Of a DNA stretch of 64,000 bases, positions 48,975 through 58,891 are shown one piece after another. The DNA is taken from NCBI GenBank assembly GCA_029246385.1, contig JAQWNG010000044.1, positions 6,270-70,269 of the forward strand. The letters run 5' to 3'. The translations under genes and the position numbers were made by a program. The notes beneath the pieces were generated by a model. It made no database searches, was not told the DNA's origin, and saw nothing but the letters and a program-made list of their open reading frames with translations. Origin of the DNA: Halioglobus sp. (GTDB taxonomy: Bacteria; Pseudomonadota; Gammaproteobacteria; Pseudomonadales; Halieaceae). Position 1 is the stretch's first letter; the number at the start of each line of letters is the position of its first letter.

Positions 48975-50159
48975 ATGTCGGTAAAAATTGGAACGCCACT
49001 TAGTCTAAACGCTAAAAAAGTGCTGCTGTGCGGTGCCGGAGAACTCGGCAAGGAAGTAGCGATTGAACTGCAGCGCTTGGGGGTCGAAGTTATCGCCGTC
49101 GACCGTTATGCTAACGCACCGGCAATGCAGGTAGCTCATCGCTCTCACGTGATTGATATGCTCGATGGTCAGGCATTGCGCAAGGTCATCGAATTGGAAC
49201 AGCCCGATTTAGTCGTGCCAGAAATCGAAGCAATCGCAACAGATACGCTGGCTGAACTGGAAAGCGAGGGTTTCACTATTATCCCCACCGCAAAGGCCAC
49301 TCAACTAACGATGAATCGAGAGGGCATACGTCGCCTTGCAGCAGAGCAACTCGGGCTCAAAACGAGCACTTACCGTTTCGCTCAAACTGAAAAAGACTAT
49401 TTGGATGCCGTAAGCGACATAGGATTGCCCTGTATCATCAAGCCCATAATGAGTTCCTCTGGCAAGGGGCAATCTTTAGTCAAAACCGAGGCGGATATTT
49501 CCGCCGCATGGCACTACGCGCAAGAAGGTGGTCGCGCAGGCAAAGGCAAGGTGATTGTAGAAGGCTTTGTTGATTTTGATTTTGAAATAACCCTGCTTAC
49601 CGTGCGGCATCGTGATGGGACCTCCTTCTGTGCCCCAATTGGACATCGCCAAGAGGGCGGTGACTATCAGGAATCGTGGCAACCACAAGCAATGACAGCG
49701 TCAGCATTATCGTCCGCACAGGCCATGGCGGAACGAGTCACCACGGCTCTGGGCGGCAGGGGCCTATTTGGTGTAGAACTCTTTATAAAAGGCGATGAGG
49801 TTATTTTTAGCGAAGTGTCACCGCGCCCGCACGATACCGGACTGGTCACACTGGTGTCTCAGGATTTGTCTGAATTTGCGCTACACGCTCGTGCAATACT
49901 CGATTTACCCATTTCAGCGATTCAACAAACTGGGCCGAGTGCATCGAGCGTTATTCTGGTACCCGGCGAAAGTCAGAATGTTCAATTTGGTAGCCTTGAA
50001 AAAGCCCTCTCGATCCAGAGCACTCAGCTACGATTATTCGGCAAACCCGAAGTATCGGGCCTTCGGCGCATGGGGGTTGCACTGGCCACCGCTGCCTCGA
50101 TTGAAGAGGCACGAGCCAATGCCAACGCTTGTGCGACTGCAGTCACAGTAACGATATGA
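48975..50159 (+). CDS. purT: formate-dependent phosphoribosylglycinamide formyltransferase (GAR transformylase 2)
   Basis: 394 aa, collinear with E. coli PurT: [67 protein letters not shown]. Confidence 0.95.
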   Translation: MSVKIGTPLSLNAKKVLLCGAGELGKEVAIELQRLGVEVIAVDRYANAPAMQVAHRSHVIDMLDGQALRKVIELEQPDLVVPEIEAIATDTLAELESEGFTIIPTAKATQLTMNREGIRRLAAEQLGLKTSTYRFAQTEKDYLDAVSDIGLPCIIKPIMSSSGKGQSLVKTEADISAAWHYAQEGGRAGKGKVIVEGFVDFDFEITLLTVRHRDGTSFCAPIGHRQEGGDYQESWQPQAMTASALSSAQAMAERVTTALGGRGLFGVELFIKGDEVIFSEVSPRPHDTGLVTLVSQDLSEFALHARAILDLPISAIQQTGPSASSVILVPGESQNVQFGSLEKALSIQSTQLRLFGKPEVSGLRRMGVALATAASIEEARANANACATAVTVTI

Positions 50160-50187
50160 CGTTAGGGACTAATGCAAGCAGTACCCA

Positions 50188-50236
50188 CTAGGTGTTCCGG
50201 CTTACTTGGCCGTCTCAGCAAGCCCGGGACACCTAG
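50188..50236. terminator. 13-nt imperfect inverted repeat between convergent purT and the yeaQ-like gene (possible bidirectional terminator or REP-like element)
   Basis: CTAGGTGTTCCGG (50188-50200) pairs with CCGGGACACCTAG (50224-50236) at 12 of 13 positions. An A6 run follows on the plus strand, so a T-run precedes the hairpin on the minus strand. The loop is long (23 nt). Confidence 0.35.
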
Positions 50237-50247
50237 CAAAAAAGTGC

Positions 50248-50493
50248 TTACGCCTTTTTGATAAGTCCGACGACGAACAGCAGTACTACCGCTCCAAAGG
50301 TCGCGGTGAGAATGGTCCCGAGCAGGGAACCCTCGTCATAAATCCCCACTAGACCGAGCAGCCAACTACCAATTAATGAACCCACGATGCCGATCACTAT
50401 ATTAGCGAGCAAGCCAAAGCCTTGGCCCGTCATTATTACGCTGCCCAACCATCCAGCCACAGCGCCTATTGCAAGAACGATTAAAATTTCCAT
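50248..50493 (-). CDS. GlsB/YeaQ/YmgE-family small membrane (transglycosylase-associated) protein
   Basis: The track ORF extends to 50568. ATG at 50493 is preceded by GGAGA, giving 81 aa: MEILIVLAIGAVAGWLGSVIM.G.GFGLLANIVIGIVGSLIG. Confidence 0.8.
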   Translation of the reverse strand: MEILIVLAIGAVAGWLGSVIMTGQGFGLLANIVIGIVGSLIGSWLLGLVGIYDEGSLLGTILTATFGAVVLLFVVGLIKKA

Positions 50494-50778
50494 GTTGATT
50501 CTCCGTATAATTATTGAATAGAAAAAACGTTTACAATCGCTATAAAACAGGTCCAACGGTTTGAGCATAGTGAAAATTGACCGGTTCGTAAAGATAATGA
50601 TTTGACGCTTAAACCGGCTCGCAGATCAACTTTATCACCCCTGTCATATGAATAGAAAAATTGCTAAAGGGGCACTTTACTTTTACCTGAACCGGCGCTG
50701 TGCGAATCTATTGCGGCCTCTTGGGCTGACATTTGATATTATTCAGTCACACAAAAATTACCGCCGGTACTGCACAGT

Positions 50779-52338
50779 ATGAAAACCAATATTGGACTAT
50801 TTCTTAAAAAACGCGCTGAAATCTGTCCCAATCGGGAAGCCTTTGTGGAGTTTGAACGCAATCGCCGTTTCACTTTTGCCGAGCTTAACGAGCGAGCAAA
50901 CCGTGTGGCAAACGGCCTCAGAGATAGCGGCATTCATCCGGGTGACAGGGTAACCACGCTGCTTAAGAACGGTATCGAATTTGTTGAAACCTACTTCGCC
51001 GTCGCAAAAATCGGCGCTGTGATGGTGCCAGTCAATTGGCGCCTGGTGGCGGGAGAAATTAGTTATATCCTGCAGAACTCTGGCGCAAAAGCGCTGGTGT
51101 ATGACTCGGATTTTGACTCTACGGTTTGTAGCCTGCAAGGCGGAGACCACGGTGCCCTCTTCATAGAGCAATGGATTCGTCGTGAAAATAGCGACATAGG
51201 CACACCGGAGTGGGCAACAGATTATGATGCGTTCGCTGGCTCTTACCCGACACAGGAACCTCCTGTTGGTGCCTGGGACGATGATAACCTATTCATCATG
51301 TATACCTCTGGCACCACAGGACAGCCAAAAGGGGTAGTGCACAGCCATAATGGCATGCTCTGGTCACAGCTTACCAGCATGGCGACCTCCGACATGCGCG
51401 ATGGCGACCGCTGGCTGCTGGCGCTGCCGATGTTTCATGTGGGCTGCCTCAGCCCGACATCGCTGCTAGTGCATCGCGGAGGCGCTGGCATTATTATGCG
51501 AGAGCTAGACGTTGGGGCGATGTTTCGCTGTATAGACGAGGAAAAGGTCACCATATTTATGGCGGTGCCCGCACTACTTCAGTTCATGCTGGTGGCGCCA
51601 GAGCGGGAACAGTGCAATATCTCCTCAGTGCGCTGGATCGCCACTGGCGCCGCCCCTGTGCCGGTCTCCCTGCTCCATGCTTATGAGGCATTGGGCATCA
51701 GCATTTTTCAGGCCTATGGGCTCACCGAGTCCTGTGGACCAGGGACTCTATTGCTTCCCGAAGACGGGGAAGCCAAAGTCGGCTCCTGTGGCCGCCCACA
51801 GATGCATACCGAAATCAACATCATTGATTCGGATGGCGACACTATCCCCATGGGCTCGAACCAAGCCGGTGAATTACTGGTGGGGGGGCGACATCTGATG
51901 AAAGAGTACTGGAACAACCCAGAGGCCACTGCAGAAACCCTGATCGATGGCTGGCTGCATACGGGAGATATCTGCACTTGGGATGCAGAGGGTTTTGTTA
52001 CCGTCTGCGATCGTATGAAAGACATGATCATTTCCGGTGGCGAAAATATCTATCCTGCCGAGCTAGAGAATATTCTTGCCGCCTGCCCAGACGTCCAAGA
52101 AGCAGCAGTGATTGGCCTAGCCTCAAAAAAATGGGGTGAAACGCCTTTAGCGCTCATCGTTCCTGCAGCGGGCACCTCTCCAACCGCCGAGTCTCTGAAG
52201 GCCTACTGCAAAGAAAATTTGGCAGGCTATAAAGTGCCGCAGCTATATGAACTGGTGGAAACGCTGCCACGCAATCCTTCGGGAAAATTGCTAAAGCCCT
52301 CACTGCGCAAACAGTTTCCGGGGCCTGCTCCATTTTAG
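50779..52338 (+). CDS. AMP-dependent acyl-CoA ligase
   Basis: 519 aa. Motifs: YTSGTTGQPKGV, AYGLTES, TGD, GGENIYP, SGKLLK. Confidence 0.85.
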   Translation: MKTNIGLFLKKRAEICPNREAFVEFERNRRFTFAELNERANRVANGLRDSGIHPGDRVTTLLKNGIEFVETYFAVAKIGAVMVPVNWRLVAGEISYILQNSGAKALVYDSDFDSTVCSLQGGDHGALFIEQWIRRENSDIGTPEWATDYDAFAGSYPTQEPPVGAWDDDNLFIMYTSGTTGQPKGVVHSHNGMLWSQLTSMATSDMRDGDRWLLALPMFHVGCLSPTSLLVHRGGAGIIMRELDVGAMFRCIDEEKVTIFMAVPALLQFMLVAPEREQCNISSVRWIATGAAPVPVSLLHAYEALGISIFQAYGLTESCGPGTLLLPEDGEAKVGSCGRPQMHTEINIIDSDGDTIPMGSNQAGELLVGGRHLMKEYWNNPEATAETLIDGWLHTGDICTWDAEGFVTVCDRMKDMIISGGENIYPAELENILAACPDVQEAAVIGLASKKWGETPLALIVPAAGTSPTAESLKAYCKENLAGYKVPQLYELVETLPRNPSGKLLKPSLRKQFPGPAPF

Positions 52339-52434
52339 AAACAGCACCCGACAGACTTGTAGGTCACACGCCCTTCGACAACGATCGCAACAGCGTTTCT
52401 TTATTAATCAATTTTTACCGGTCATAGCGCGCCA

Positions 52435-53853
52435 TCAGCGTGCTGCTCGCTCCTCAAGTTGTCGTTTAATCCTTGTATGATCTTCGCGGGTCATCGAAAT
52501 TTGGCTGAAAAAAACGTACGCGAGCAGCGCCATGCTCCCCGTCAGGACTAGGGTGAATAAACCCAACGATTGCAGCACCGATGGATCAATTGTTCCTGGC
52601 AATGATTCGGGTTTAATGCCGACGAGATCGATCACCACCCCTGCCATGAGCGCTCCCAGACCAGTAGTCGCTTTGGCAATAAAGGCACCGGCAGCAAAAA
52701 ATACACCCTCCTGCCGTTGCTGTGTTTTGAGTTCCTGCTCGTCAAGAATATCCGCTATCAGTGACGCAGAAACCACCCCCAACGTGACAATGGCGAAAAC
52801 GGCGATAAAGGTACTTGCAATTGACAACGCGTAGATTAAGGGGTCGCCATTCGGCGGGAGGACCCCCAATAGGCGCGCACCGATAAGAGACACACTGTTT
52901 ACCGCCAAAACGAGACTAGCGACGCCCAACATTGGAGGCTTATTAAAATGCTGACCGAGCCGGCCCAGCAGCATGAAAGCCAACAACGTGCCTACCGCTG
53001 AAGGTACGACCATACCGGCTAGCTGGTCACTACTAAACTCCCAAAAGTAAGTCCCCAAATAAAGCGAGAGTGTCGTGTATATTCCCGCTGCCATACCAAA
53101 TGCCAAGCCAGCCCCTGTAGTTAGTCTAAAGTGGGCGTTCCCAAAAGCGATGCGTATGTCTCTAATGGGTTTCGATAGATTAAAGGGTGTTGCGTCGGGG
53201 TTACACTTCGGCAATCGCGAAATCACAGTGCGTGTTCCCCAAATACAAAATGCTGCAGTAATAGCCGCCAAAATAGCAGACATAATGCCATAGTGAGCAT
53301 AGTTATCTGCAACGAGCCGGCCATCAGCGCCGTGGTCCATCTGGAAGAAAAACAGAAAGCCAATCGCGGGCAGTGCCATGCCGGCGAGCCAACCCATAGT
53401 AACCCGCGCCTTGGCAATCACAGTGCGCTCATCGTAGTCGGTGGACAGCTCAGCACCCATGGCGGTATGCGGGATACTATAAATCGTAAGAAATGTGCGC
53501 AAAAGAATTGAAACACCTAGGAGCCAGGAAAACACTCCGATTTCTCCCAGATTAGCCGGTGGATCAAACAATAGCAGGAATAACATAGCGGTGGGAATAC
53601 CACCAGCCACCAGCATAGGATGACGCCGCCCCCAACGGGTGCGTAACGTGTCCGACCAACTGCCTACGACTGGATCAGAAACAGCATCCCAACTCAGAGC
53701 CAGAAACATTGCGAGCCCAGTAAGCGCGCCACTCAACCCCTGTACTTGGGTGTAATAGAACACCACAAAATTAACAAAGGCCGCGTCTTTGACCGCAAAG
53801 GGCATAGAGCCAATGGCATAAGACCATTTTTCAAGGCTACTCAATGACCGCAT
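52435..53853 (-). CDS. MFS transporter, glycoside-pentoside-hexuronide (GPH/MelB-like) type
   Basis: About 12 TM. WDAVSDPVVGSWSDTLRTRWGRRHP is the GPH signature region. I prefer ATG at 53853 (AAGGA upstream, 472 aa) over the track TTG at 53889. Confidence 0.75.
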   Translation of the reverse strand: MRSLSSLEKWSYAIGSMPFAVKDAAFVNFVVFYYTQVQGLSGALTGLAMFLALSWDAVSDPVVGSWSDTLRTRWGRRHPMLVAGGIPTAMLFLLLFDPPANLGEIGVFSWLLGVSILLRTFLTIYSIPHTAMGAELSTDYDERTVIAKARVTMGWLAGMALPAIGFLFFFQMDHGADGRLVADNYAHYGIMSAILAAITAAFCIWGTRTVISRLPKCNPDATPFNLSKPIRDIRIAFGNAHFRLTTGAGLAFGMAAGIYTTLSLYLGTYFWEFSSDQLAGMVVPSAVGTLLAFMLLGRLGQHFNKPPMLGVASLVLAVNSVSLIGARLLGVLPPNGDPLIYALSIASTFIAVFAIVTLGVVSASLIADILDEQELKTQQRQEGVFFAAGAFIAKATTGLGALMAGVVIDLVGIKPESLPGTIDPSVLQSLGLFTLVLTGSMALLAYVFFSQISMTREDHTRIKRQLEERAAR

Positions 53854-53899
53854 AAGTTTAGCATCCTTAGCTGCCTCAACTGCCCGCAAACCTTAGCCA

Positions 53900-55522
53900 T
53901 TATTTAGTAGGCGATGCATCGGACACCTGATCAGCTAGACCCGCGTAGGTTTCGCGAAGCTCTCTCTTAAGTACCTTCCCAATTGAGCTTTTCGGCAGCT
54001 CCTCGGTGAAGACAAGTTGACTGATGCGTTGCGATTTCCCCAGCCTATTGTTCGCCCACGCTCTAAGCGTCATTGCATCACCACTTGCGCCAGGCTCTCG
54101 CACCACGATTGCCAGAGGCGTTTCTCCCCAGTCCCGACTGGCTAGCGCGACAACGGCAGCCTCATGGACATCTGGATGCTCTAGTAATTCCAGCTCAATA
54201 TCGTTGGCGTAGACATTAAAACCGCCAGAAATAATCATATCTTTGCGCCGGTCTGACAGGAAAAGCCAGCCATCCTCGTCCAGATAGCCCACATCACCGC
54301 TTTTGTAAAACAGCAGACCGTTGCTGTCATACCATCGCAAGTCACTACTGGCGGCCTCACGATTATGATAACCCTCACTCATATTTCCGGAGCGCCCAAC
54401 TATTTCACCCGTTTGGCCGGTTGCGAGCTCATTACCTTCCTCGTCAATAATTTTTAACAATGAACCCGGCAGCGTAGGACCAACAGAACCCAGTTTGCTC
54501 TGCTGCTTCGCGAGACTACCAATAAACATTGTGCCAACACCGCCTTCAGTCAAACCGTAAAACTCAACCAGCTCACCCGGAAAGTGATCGATAACGTCAG
54601 CCTTGAGCGCTGGACGCAACGGTGCACTGGTGCTGAACTTCACCTGTAGACTACTACAATCGTAGCTTGCGTAGCGTTGCAATCGCATAATACGATCATA
54701 TTGCACAGGCACCAGCATGACATGGGTTACGCTGTGTTTCTGTATCAACCGCAGCGTACCCTCGGCATCAAACTTTGGCATGATCACCAACGTACCTCCG
54801 GCACACAATGTTGGCCACCAGGTCGTTATCGTCGTATTTGAATAAAGGGGGGTGGCAACCAGCGTGATGGCCTTAGAGGTAATACCCATACTCATCAAAC
54901 CAGTAGCCAAAGCCTGTCGAGTCACATGGCTATGAACAATACCCTTGGGAGTGCCCGTGGTACCGGAGCTGTAGATGATATTGAACTCATCATCACCGGC
55001 CAACTGGACGCTAGGCGCAGTGTCTGATTGCGCTATCAGCCAGCTGCCTAAATCACGAAATTGGTCGTTAAAAAAATCGAACCCGATTAGCCCGCCCGGA
55101 ACGATCTGCGCTGCATCACGCAAAAAAACGTGTGTCATTTCTTCCATATCGCGGGCGACAATAAAAGCTTTTGCATTGCAATCCCGCAGCATCAGATTCA
55201 AGCTCTGATCGGTTATCATGCCTTGCATCGGCACCGCACAAGCGCCGGCAATCAGCGTTGCAGCGAACATTTCTGAGTAGTCCATACTGTTTGGCGACAG
55301 CATGGCGACATGGTCACCATGCGCAATACCCAATGCCGCGAGACCATTAGCCATGCGGTAAATGCGCCGAATGGATTGACCCCACGTACGCGACTGAGCA
55401 CCTTCAATTAGCGCAACTCGATCCGCCTGTTCGCAGCGAAATTTCTCCAACAAAACCGGCAGGGCCAAAGCCGGATCAAAATCAAGCTGAACTTTCGCAC
55501 TATTTTCACTTTGCTTAGTCAT
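53900..55522 (-). CDS. AMP-dependent acyl-CoA ligase
   Basis: 540 aa. Motifs: YSSGTTGTPKGI, FYGLTEG, SGD, GGFNVYA, IGKVLK. Confidence 0.85.
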   Translation of the reverse strand: MTKQSENSAKVQLDFDPALALPVLLEKFRCEQADRVALIEGAQSRTWGQSIRRIYRMANGLAALGIAHGDHVAMLSPNSMDYSEMFAATLIAGACAVPMQGMITDQSLNLMLRDCNAKAFIVARDMEEMTHVFLRDAAQIVPGGLIGFDFFNDQFRDLGSWLIAQSDTAPSVQLAGDDEFNIIYSSGTTGTPKGIVHSHVTRQALATGLMSMGITSKAITLVATPLYSNTTITTWWPTLCAGGTLVIMPKFDAEGTLRLIQKHSVTHVMLVPVQYDRIMRLQRYASYDCSSLQVKFSTSAPLRPALKADVIDHFPGELVEFYGLTEGGVGTMFIGSLAKQQSKLGSVGPTLPGSLLKIIDEEGNELATGQTGEIVGRSGNMSEGYHNREAASSDLRWYDSNGLLFYKSGDVGYLDEDGWLFLSDRRKDMIISGGFNVYANDIELELLEHPDVHEAAVVALASRDWGETPLAIVVREPGASGDAMTLRAWANNRLGKSQRISQLVFTEELPKSSIGKVLKRELRETYAGLADQVSDASPTK

Positions 55523-55671
55523 AAAGATCAGTATTCACGATTGATAGGTGGAGTGCTTTTGCTGATACTGTAAGCGTTTTAGGACCTGCATTCAAAGTAT
55601 TACTCGTTGGCTTGCGATAGTGATTTTACGTTCGGGTGAAGGTCGTTCTATCAGATAATGAGGAAGCTGCT

Positions 55672-56688
55672 GTGTGTCGTATTTTCTGTTTTTGTGTGTC
55701 GTTGAGTCTGACCATTCTTATGGCGCACAGCAGTCAAGCCACCACAAGCCCACCACTGAAGGTACTCATCCTTACCAGCCCGGGCGTGTATCACAATTAT
55801 GAATTACAAACTCAGGCGCTAGCATACGCTCTAGCTGAGCGCGTCCATGTCCAAGTCGACGTCTCTCTGGCTGAGGTCGAGCGTTGGAAAACTACAGATT
55901 TTGCGCAAGGCTATGATGTTCTGATCTACAACATCTGCATGGCAGATAATCAAGATGAGACGTTAATAGCTAACCTGCGTCGCCAAAGCGAGGTGCTCGG
56001 TGTGCCAGCACTAGTGATTCACTGCGCGATGCACTCATTTAGAGAGACAGACCTGTGGTGGCCAATGTTTGGACTGCAGACGAAGACGCATGAATCACTG
56101 CGGCCGTTGACCCAAATTCAGACGGCGCCGCATCCGATTCTCAACGGAATCCCTAAGAACTGGACGGTCGGCAATGATGAGTTATACATCAATCTGCAAT
56201 TTGAGGCCCTGACGCTACTCAGCGTAATTTCAGCAGACAATAGACCTCATACGACGGCGTGGCTGGCCTATCAGGGTGCAACACCGATTTTTGGCACCAC
56301 GCTGGGGCATAGTGATGAAACCCTAGATGACCCTGCTTTCCAACGCCTCATCGCCAACGCCGTGCTGTTCGTCACCGGCAATCTGTCTGACCAGGGCGCC
56401 GTAGCGGATAGACTGGATCCGGTCAGCAACACGATCAATATTATAGACACCGTTTCGGCACCCGAAGGCGTCGTGTTCCTCGGCGAAACGGGCAAGGATT
56501 GTGCCTACCGCCAGCTAGCTATCGCCGCAGGGCCTTGTTATTTGGGCTGCATCCTCAATCCGCTAGAGTGGGGCGAGGCAACACAGATCTGCAAACGATC
56601 TTGCGAGCGCAAGTTACCATCTTCCGATGACATCATAAGCACCTGTAGTCCCGATGCGCAATCGAACCCATTGCCTGTGAGTCCGTGA
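55672..56688 (+). CDS. secreted ThuA-like (class-I glutamine-amidotransferase-like fold) protein with a Cys-rich C-terminal extension
   Basis: I prefer GTG at 55672 (GAGGAA 6 nt upstream) over the track GTG at 55636. The signal peptide is MCRIFCFCVSLSLTILMAHSSQA. ThuA-like pattern: LKVLILTS.GVYHNY, DVLIYN, LVIHCAMHSF, TTLGHSDETLDDPAFQRLIANAVLF. The last ~110 aa contain 6 Cys. Confidence 0.6.
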   Translation: MCRIFCFCVSLSLTILMAHSSQATTSPPLKVLILTSPGVYHNYELQTQALAYALAERVHVQVDVSLAEVERWKTTDFAQGYDVLIYNICMADNQDETLIANLRRQSEVLGVPALVIHCAMHSFRETDLWWPMFGLQTKTHESLRPLTQIQTAPHPILNGIPKNWTVGNDELYINLQFEALTLLSVISADNRPHTTAWLAYQGATPIFGTTLGHSDETLDDPAFQRLIANAVLFVTGNLSDQGAVADRLDPVSNTINIIDTVSAPEGVVFLGETGKDCAYRQLAIAAGPCYLGCILNPLEWGEATQICKRSCERKLPSSDDIISTCSPDAQSNPLPVSP

Positions 56689-56789
56689 CCGAGTGACACT
56701 TGGCCAAACCACAGGTAGTAGCGCGGCCACCCAGCGCCGCGATCAGCGACGGGGCAGTGATCACGCCCAAAAAATAAATAAAATCAGGA

Positions 56790-56818
56790 TTGACTGTTTT
56801 CTTTATACCCCACATAAT
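56790..56818 (+). promoter_or_regulatory. candidate sigma70 promoter of the P450 gene
   Basis: TTGACT (56790-56795), a 17-nt spacer, then CATAAT (56813-56818). An AAAAGGGG ribosome-binding site and the TTG start at 56849 follow. Confidence 0.5.
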
Positions 56819-56848
56819 TCAAGTTCAACCTAGAAAAGGGGATAAATC

Positions 56849-58105
56849 TTGACTGCACCGACCGTCACTGACACTCGGCCTCTTGCGGATATGCCGCTGT
56901 TTGATCCGCAAACACTGAAATGCCCCTACCATTACGATAAAACCCTGCGCAATACTGCGCCTATTTACCAGGATCCAGATTCTGGTGTTTTTGTAATTTC
57001 AACCTACGAACTGATACGCGAAGCACACAAAAACGATGCTGTGTTTTCCAACGAGTTCGTGCTGGCAAAGGGCTCCGCAGAAAAGCTTGATGCGGATATT
57101 GATGCCGCAATGAGAAACACCTATAACTTAGGCAAGGGAACACTCCTGACGGTAGATGATCCCGAGCACAAAATATACCGAGACGCTGTCAAAGACTTTT
57201 TCCTCGCCAAAAATATTGAGCGCTACCGCCCTTGGGTGAGCGAATTAGCCGAAAAGTTGGTCAGCAAAATTCCTGATGGACAGCCTTATGATTTTATTAC
57301 GGAATTTGCTCGCCCTCTTCCCTTGTCCATGATCATGCACGTACTGGGCATACCACTGGACATGATCGACGCGGCCTTCAAATGGACTACTGCCAATGTC
57401 ACTGTACTGTCGCAGGTCTCAGACAAGCGAGGCTTGTTGGACGCACACGCCAGCGTGAAAGAAGAATATGATTGGTTTGTGACGGCGTTGGATGCGCGAC
57501 GCACTAATCCTCAGGATGACTTACTCAATCTCGTTGCCCATGCTAAATTCAAAGATAGACCACTGACAATTGAAGAGCAGTTGGGCCACTGTACGCAATT
57601 CCTTGTCGCTGGCAATGAAACCACCACAGCAACACTCGCCGAAGGCATCAGACAGTTGTGTCTTAATCCTGAGCAGGAAGCAGCAGTGCGCAACGACCGT
57701 TCGCTCATTCCCAACCTCGTAGAAGAGACATTGCGCCTTGCGACGCCTACCTCAAATATGTGGCGCATGACAAAGCAGGACTACACCATCGGTGGAGTAA
57801 AGATCCCCGCAGGCAGCATGGTACTGCTGAAGTATTTCTCATCCAACCACGACGAAGCCATGTTTGACCAACCTCTGGAGTTTGACGTGACGCGGGCGAA
57901 TGCGAAACGTCACATCGCCTTCGGCTTTGGCACGCATGTGTGCATCGGCCAACATCTGTCTCGACTGGAAATGATTGTCGCCTGGGAAAAAATCTTCGAT
58001 GGCACCAGCAGCATGCGACTCAATTGCGCACCACAAGATCTCGATTATATGCCTAATATTCTACTGCGTGGCCTCGAGAATCTCCCCGTCATTTTTGAAA
58101 GATAG
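56849..58105 (+). CDS. cytochrome P450 monooxygenase
   Basis: 418 aa. I-helix FLVAGNETTTATL, ExxR (EETLR), heme loop FGFGTHVCIGQHL. TTG start with a good RBS. Confidence 0.9.
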   Translation: MTAPTVTDTRPLADMPLFDPQTLKCPYHYDKTLRNTAPIYQDPDSGVFVISTYELIREAHKNDAVFSNEFVLAKGSAEKLDADIDAAMRNTYNLGKGTLLTVDDPEHKIYRDAVKDFFLAKNIERYRPWVSELAEKLVSKIPDGQPYDFITEFARPLPLSMIMHVLGIPLDMIDAAFKWTTANVTVLSQVSDKRGLLDAHASVKEEYDWFVTALDARRTNPQDDLLNLVAHAKFKDRPLTIEEQLGHCTQFLVAGNETTTATLAEGIRQLCLNPEQEAAVRNDRSLIPNLVEETLRLATPTSNMWRMTKQDYTIGGVKIPAGSMVLLKYFSSNHDEAMFDQPLEFDVTRANAKRHIAFGFGTHVCIGQHLSRLEMIVAWEKIFDGTSSMRLNCAPQDLDYMPNILLRGLENLPVIFER

Positions 58106-58266
58106 AGGAACCTTGTGCAGCGTGTTTAGGGACGCAAACAGCACTAAAAAGTATTCTTCGCTGTAGTGAAAGACAGACATTGCAGATCTCACTGTGCGAC
58201 GGGATTCCTAATTCTTTAATATTGTGCAGCCGCGAGTGGCCGCCCGTTTGGCGATTTTTCCACGCT

Positions 58267-58794
58267 TCACTGATTGCAGGCAATTTGCGTCGCTAACCGC
58301 GCCTTCATAGGCAACACCCATTGGTCTTTAAGTTGTGCCGACAGTAAGTTTGCGGCGTCGAGATCGTCACACAACTTCATTTGATGGGCGAGATCAAACA
58401 TATCTAACTGACGACAAATTTTGGACTCATCATTGAGTGTGAGAAATGAAATTCCCGGCGTTTCATAGAAAGAACCATCAGCGCGCTGTCCAGGACCACG
58501 GTTCATCCAGTGGGTCACCAATTTGTTGCCAACACCGGTGTAAACGCCCATGTAAGGAAACGTCCAGCCTTCCCAGCCCACTTGCATATCTCGCCCGTAG
58601 TGCGTGGCCTTGATCTCGTCTATACCACTGGCGGTTACATCCATTACACCGGCATATTGACACGTATAAATGCAGTCTACTGCATACAACTCGTCGACAA
58701 AAAATAGCCAATCATCGGTCTGAGAGGCTTCTTGATGAGCAGAGATTAATTTTTCCGCCGTCGCTCTCAGTGCTTGTTCTGTCAATCCACTCAT
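58267..58794 (-). CDS. NTF2-like/SnoaL-like fold protein of unknown function
   Basis: I prefer ATG at 58794 (GGGAG upstream) over the track TTG at 58809, giving 175 aa. The assignment rests on size and an alpha+beta pattern; no catalytic motif was recognised. Confidence 0.5.
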   Translation of the reverse strand: MSGLTEQALRATAEKLISAHQEASQTDDWLFFVDELYAVDCIYTCQYAGVMDVTASGIDEIKATHYGRDMQVGWEGWTFPYMGVYTGVGNKLVTHWMNRGPGQRADGSFYETPGISFLTLNDESKICRQLDMFDLAHQMKLCDDLDAANLLSAQLKDQWVLPMKARLATQIACNQ

Positions 58795-58891
58795 GTACTC
58801 TGCTCCCAAAATTTCAGCTACCGCCGTCGCTCGTTGACTACATCAGCCGCGGTAACAATCATTATTTCTCACTAAAATTTGACCGGCATCC

